From the human T2T-CHM13v2.0 reference genome, Homo sapiens, in assembly GCF_009914755.1 (NCBI RefSeq), contig NC_060927.1: a stretch of 64,000 nt of DNA; one strand, written 5' to 3'. Shown here piece after piece: positions 57,282 through 64,000 of this stretch. Every line of letters begins with the position of its first letter. The stretch's first letter is position 1. The notes beneath the pieces are model-generated. The model was given only the letters and a program-made list of their open reading frames with translations. It did not search any database and was not told where the DNA came from. Both the position numbers and the translations under genes were made by a program.

Positions 57282-57432
57282 ATTTTAAAAAGTGGTTAAG
57301 TTAAAATAAGGTCTTTAGGGTGGGCCCTAATCCAATATGACTGATGTCTTTATAGGGAGAAAATATTAGACACAGATCATGTAAAGACACAACAAGAAGG
57401 TAGCCTCTGCAATCCGCAAGCCAAGGGAGAGG
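57282..57432 (+). repeat. Local duplicate of MLT1B segment 60540-60692
   Basis: By hand, 9 substitutions and one 2-bp indel over about 150 bp. Confidence 0.92.
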
Positions 57433-58999
57433 TCCAGATCAATTTTTAAAAATTACCATCTTTATAATATTGTGTTTTTTGTGCTAGACCATAGTATATC
57501 TGGCCAGTTATTTAGGTTTCTTTAAGGCCTTTCATTAAAGCTTTATATTTTTATACTTTTCTATGACTTATTCTTGTATATCTCTTGTTTGACTATACCT
57601 GTGTACTTTAAATTTTGTTACTATTGAAAATGGTGTTTTTAGGTTACATTTTCTAATTATTTTAACTATATCTTCCTGTCTCTACTTTTTTCAATTTTAA
57701 ATAATCTAGTCTTAAACCACTCACTGTATTTTGAGCTATGAATTAATTTAGCAGCATTCAAATAAATACATTAGACTTTCCCAACCCTGTGTACTTCCCT
57801 TTTTCACCACTCTATTACTCTTCTCTAACAAGGCAAAGTCTTTGATGCTCAGCAGGTTCTTGTTAAATGCTAGTCACCAAGCTAACATTGTCAATGTTTT
57901 TCCTAGGATCACTCCCAGAACACCAACGTTTTCATTAAATAAGAAAAAAATAACATTTGCCTTTCTCATCTCTTTAGGGAGAAAAACAACATAAAGATGT
58001 TTTCAATTTCCTCATGGGCAAATTGCCCCATCCTCATCCATCCCAATACCAAATTTTACTGCATCCCAAAGGGACATTTTATAGTCCTGACATGATTAAA
58101 TTAAAAAAATAAGGGCTAGAGGAAGAAAATAAATTTGAAATCTTCCATTTATTGTATCTTCTGCTTGGAGAGAAAACATACAAATTATTGCATAAGATGT
58201 CTGAGAAGCTCAGTCATAAATAAATGCTTAACAATGCTTATCTAATGTTTCCCAAATGTTACCTAACAGTATAATATTTTAACTATATTAAAATCCTTCA
58301 AGATATTCTTTAAGAAATAATAAAGAATGAGGAGTTCATGTCTGGCAAAATGTCCAGTCTAATATTAGGTCCTTGTGGTCAAGCTATATATTAACTGTAA
58401 TATATAATATGAAGAACACTGAATATATTTTACATTAAAATAACAGAAAGTAAAATTCTCCATTAGATGCAACTCTTACTGCAGAGGGAAAAATAACTTG
58501 CTTCCATTTTTTCATTACCTCAAGAATATTAATGACATTGTATCCAAGCAACAAGATGGTAACACTTATTATCTTATCATACTTGGATGATTAAATTTGC
58601 TGTCATATAAAAAAGAGGTATATTAATACCAAAAGACAGCTTTCTTACATCTAAATAGGATATATATATATATATATATATACTTCCCATATTTCCAATA
58701 TATATAAAATAGTCTCTAATCAACTGTTCAGTTTTTGATGCACAATAATGAAGTGTAGTGATAGGGACCCAATCTGACCAATTCTTTAAGATATCTCTTC
58801 TATTAAAATTCAAGGTTCTGGCTGAAGAAGTAAGATTTAGAAAGGAGAGAGGCAGATAGATGGGTCCTAGAAAGAAAGCAATGAAAAAAACTAAAATCTA
58901 TCTTAGTGTTTATAGGAAGAAGTGGTAGTGTTTTCTAGGGGCCTGTTGTGTGCACAAATCTCTATGATATTTGCTTGGATTTTTAAAATCTATTTTAAA

Positions 59000-60115
59000 T
59001 TTATTTTAATTGTGGAAAATAAATGTAGCATAAAATTTACCATCTTAGCCATTTTTAAATGTACATTTCAGTGGTATTAAGTGCATTCATATTGTTGTGC
59101 TACTATCACCACCATCTACCCATGAACTCTTTCTTTTCATCCTACAAAATTAAAATTCTGTACCTATTAAATAATTATTTCATATATCCTCCTCTCCCAA
59201 ACCTTGCAATCACAATTCTACTTTCAATCTCTATGAATTTGACTACTCTAGGTACCTCATTTAGTGGAGTCATGCAATATTTGTCCTTTTGTAACTGGGT
59301 TATTTTATTTAGCATAATGTTTTCAAGGTTCATCTATGTTGTGGGAAATGTCAGAACCTCCTTCCTTTATATACCCTATTGTATTCATCCATTCATCTGT
59401 TACTGCACACTCATTTTACTTCCACAAGTTGGTTATTATGAATAATGCTAGTATGAACACTGGTGTGCAAATATCTTTGAGTCCCTCCTTTCAATTATTT
59501 TGAGTATATATACCCAGAAGTGAAATTGCTGGATCATAGTCTAATTCTATGTTTAATTTTTTTGAGAAATAACCATACTGTTTTCTAGTTTTCTACAGTG
59601 TCTGCAGCATTTACTTTCCCTCCAACTGTGCACAGGTTTCCAGTTTCTCCCTGTCTTCACCAACACTTGTTATTTCCTGCTTCTTTAATAATAACCATTC
59701 TAGTACATAGGTGTCATCTCATTTACATTTCCCTAATAATTAGTGATGTTAAGTGTCTTGTTATCTGGTCATTGGTCATTTGTATGTTTTCTTCGAAGAA
59801 ATGTCTATTCAAGTCATTTGCCTATTTTAAAATGTCTACTTTTTGTTGTTGATTTGTGGGAATTCTTCATATATTCTGTATATTAACCCCTTATCAGATC
59901 TATGATGTGCAAATATTTTCTGCAATTCCAGGAGTTGTCTATTTGCTCTATTGATTGTGCCCTAAATGCAGGGCACAGACGTTTTAATTTCGAAATAGTC
60001 TAATTTATCTTTTGTTGCCTGTGCTTTTGGTGTTATATGTAAGAAGTCATTGTCAAATCCAATGTCACAAACTTTTAGCCTATAGTTTCTGCTAAGACAT
60101 TTATTGTTGTAGGTC
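59000..60115 (-). mobile_element. L1MA/MB 3' region
   Basis: aaatttaccatcttagccatttttaaatgtac, cccagaagtgaaattgctggatcat, gaagaaatgtctattcaagtc. Confidence 0.9.
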
Positions 60116-60826
<711 letters not shown>

Positions 60827-61235
60827 GGATGTGTGGAGTTAGTTTTTTTAATTAAACTTTTTGTTTTGAGATAATACAGATTTACATGTAGTTGTGTATC
60901 CTTCACCCAGTTTCTTCTAATGGTAACAGGTTATAGAACTAGAGTATAAATATCACAAGCAGGATATTGATACTTAGACAAGACACATGTTTTATTCAGA
61001 TTTACCCAATTTTACTTTCACTTGTGCATATGCATGTGTGTGTATATGTATACAGTTCTATACAATTTTATCATATGTGTGTATTCATTTATTAACCACC
61101 ACAGTCAAATACTGGATCCCTTGTGTTGCCCTTTCATAACCACAAATTCTTAACATATGGCAATGGCTTAACTGTTCTCCACATTTATAATTTTGTCATT
61201 GTAAGAATTATATATAAACAAAATCATACATTATA

Positions 61236-63869
<2,634 letters not shown>

Positions 63870-64000
63870 TATAACCGTTGGGAGTTTCTCTCAGTATAAT
63901 TCCTTTGACATTCTTCCAGGTTGTCATTTGTATCAGTAGCTCATTCCTTCTAACTGTTGAGTAATGGTCTATGGTAGGTATGTAACAGCATTTAATTAGC

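Overview
Primate (human-like, probably hominoid) non-coding DNA that is AT-rich and dominated by repeats. I find no credible protein-coding exon: the listed ORFs fall in Alu, LTR12, L1 or Tigger1 sequence, or are short chance ORFs. The window holds about 17 Alus, a solo LTR12C with a 4-bp TSD, and THE1, MLT1A0, MLT1B, MER31, MER41 and LTR16A/ERV3-16A3 elements. It also holds several old L1 and L2 pieces, a rearranged 5'-to-3' L1PB, a near-complete Tigger1, plus Tigger3, MER2, MER102 and MADE1. Repeat family names come from my recall of consensus sequences, not from a search. I see no evidence of a new multi-gene system. The most interesting signals are mechanistic fossils: (1) a perfect de novo hairpin inside an old L1; (2) a tailless tRNA-Ile(TAT) 5'-exon retrocopy; (3) an L1PB whose RT motif was moved into the endonuclease region while the RT itself was deleted, and which carries a 3' transduction; (4) a 150-bp locally templated insertion; (5) a possible very decayed retroviral RT. 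I could not identify the locus or any host gene.
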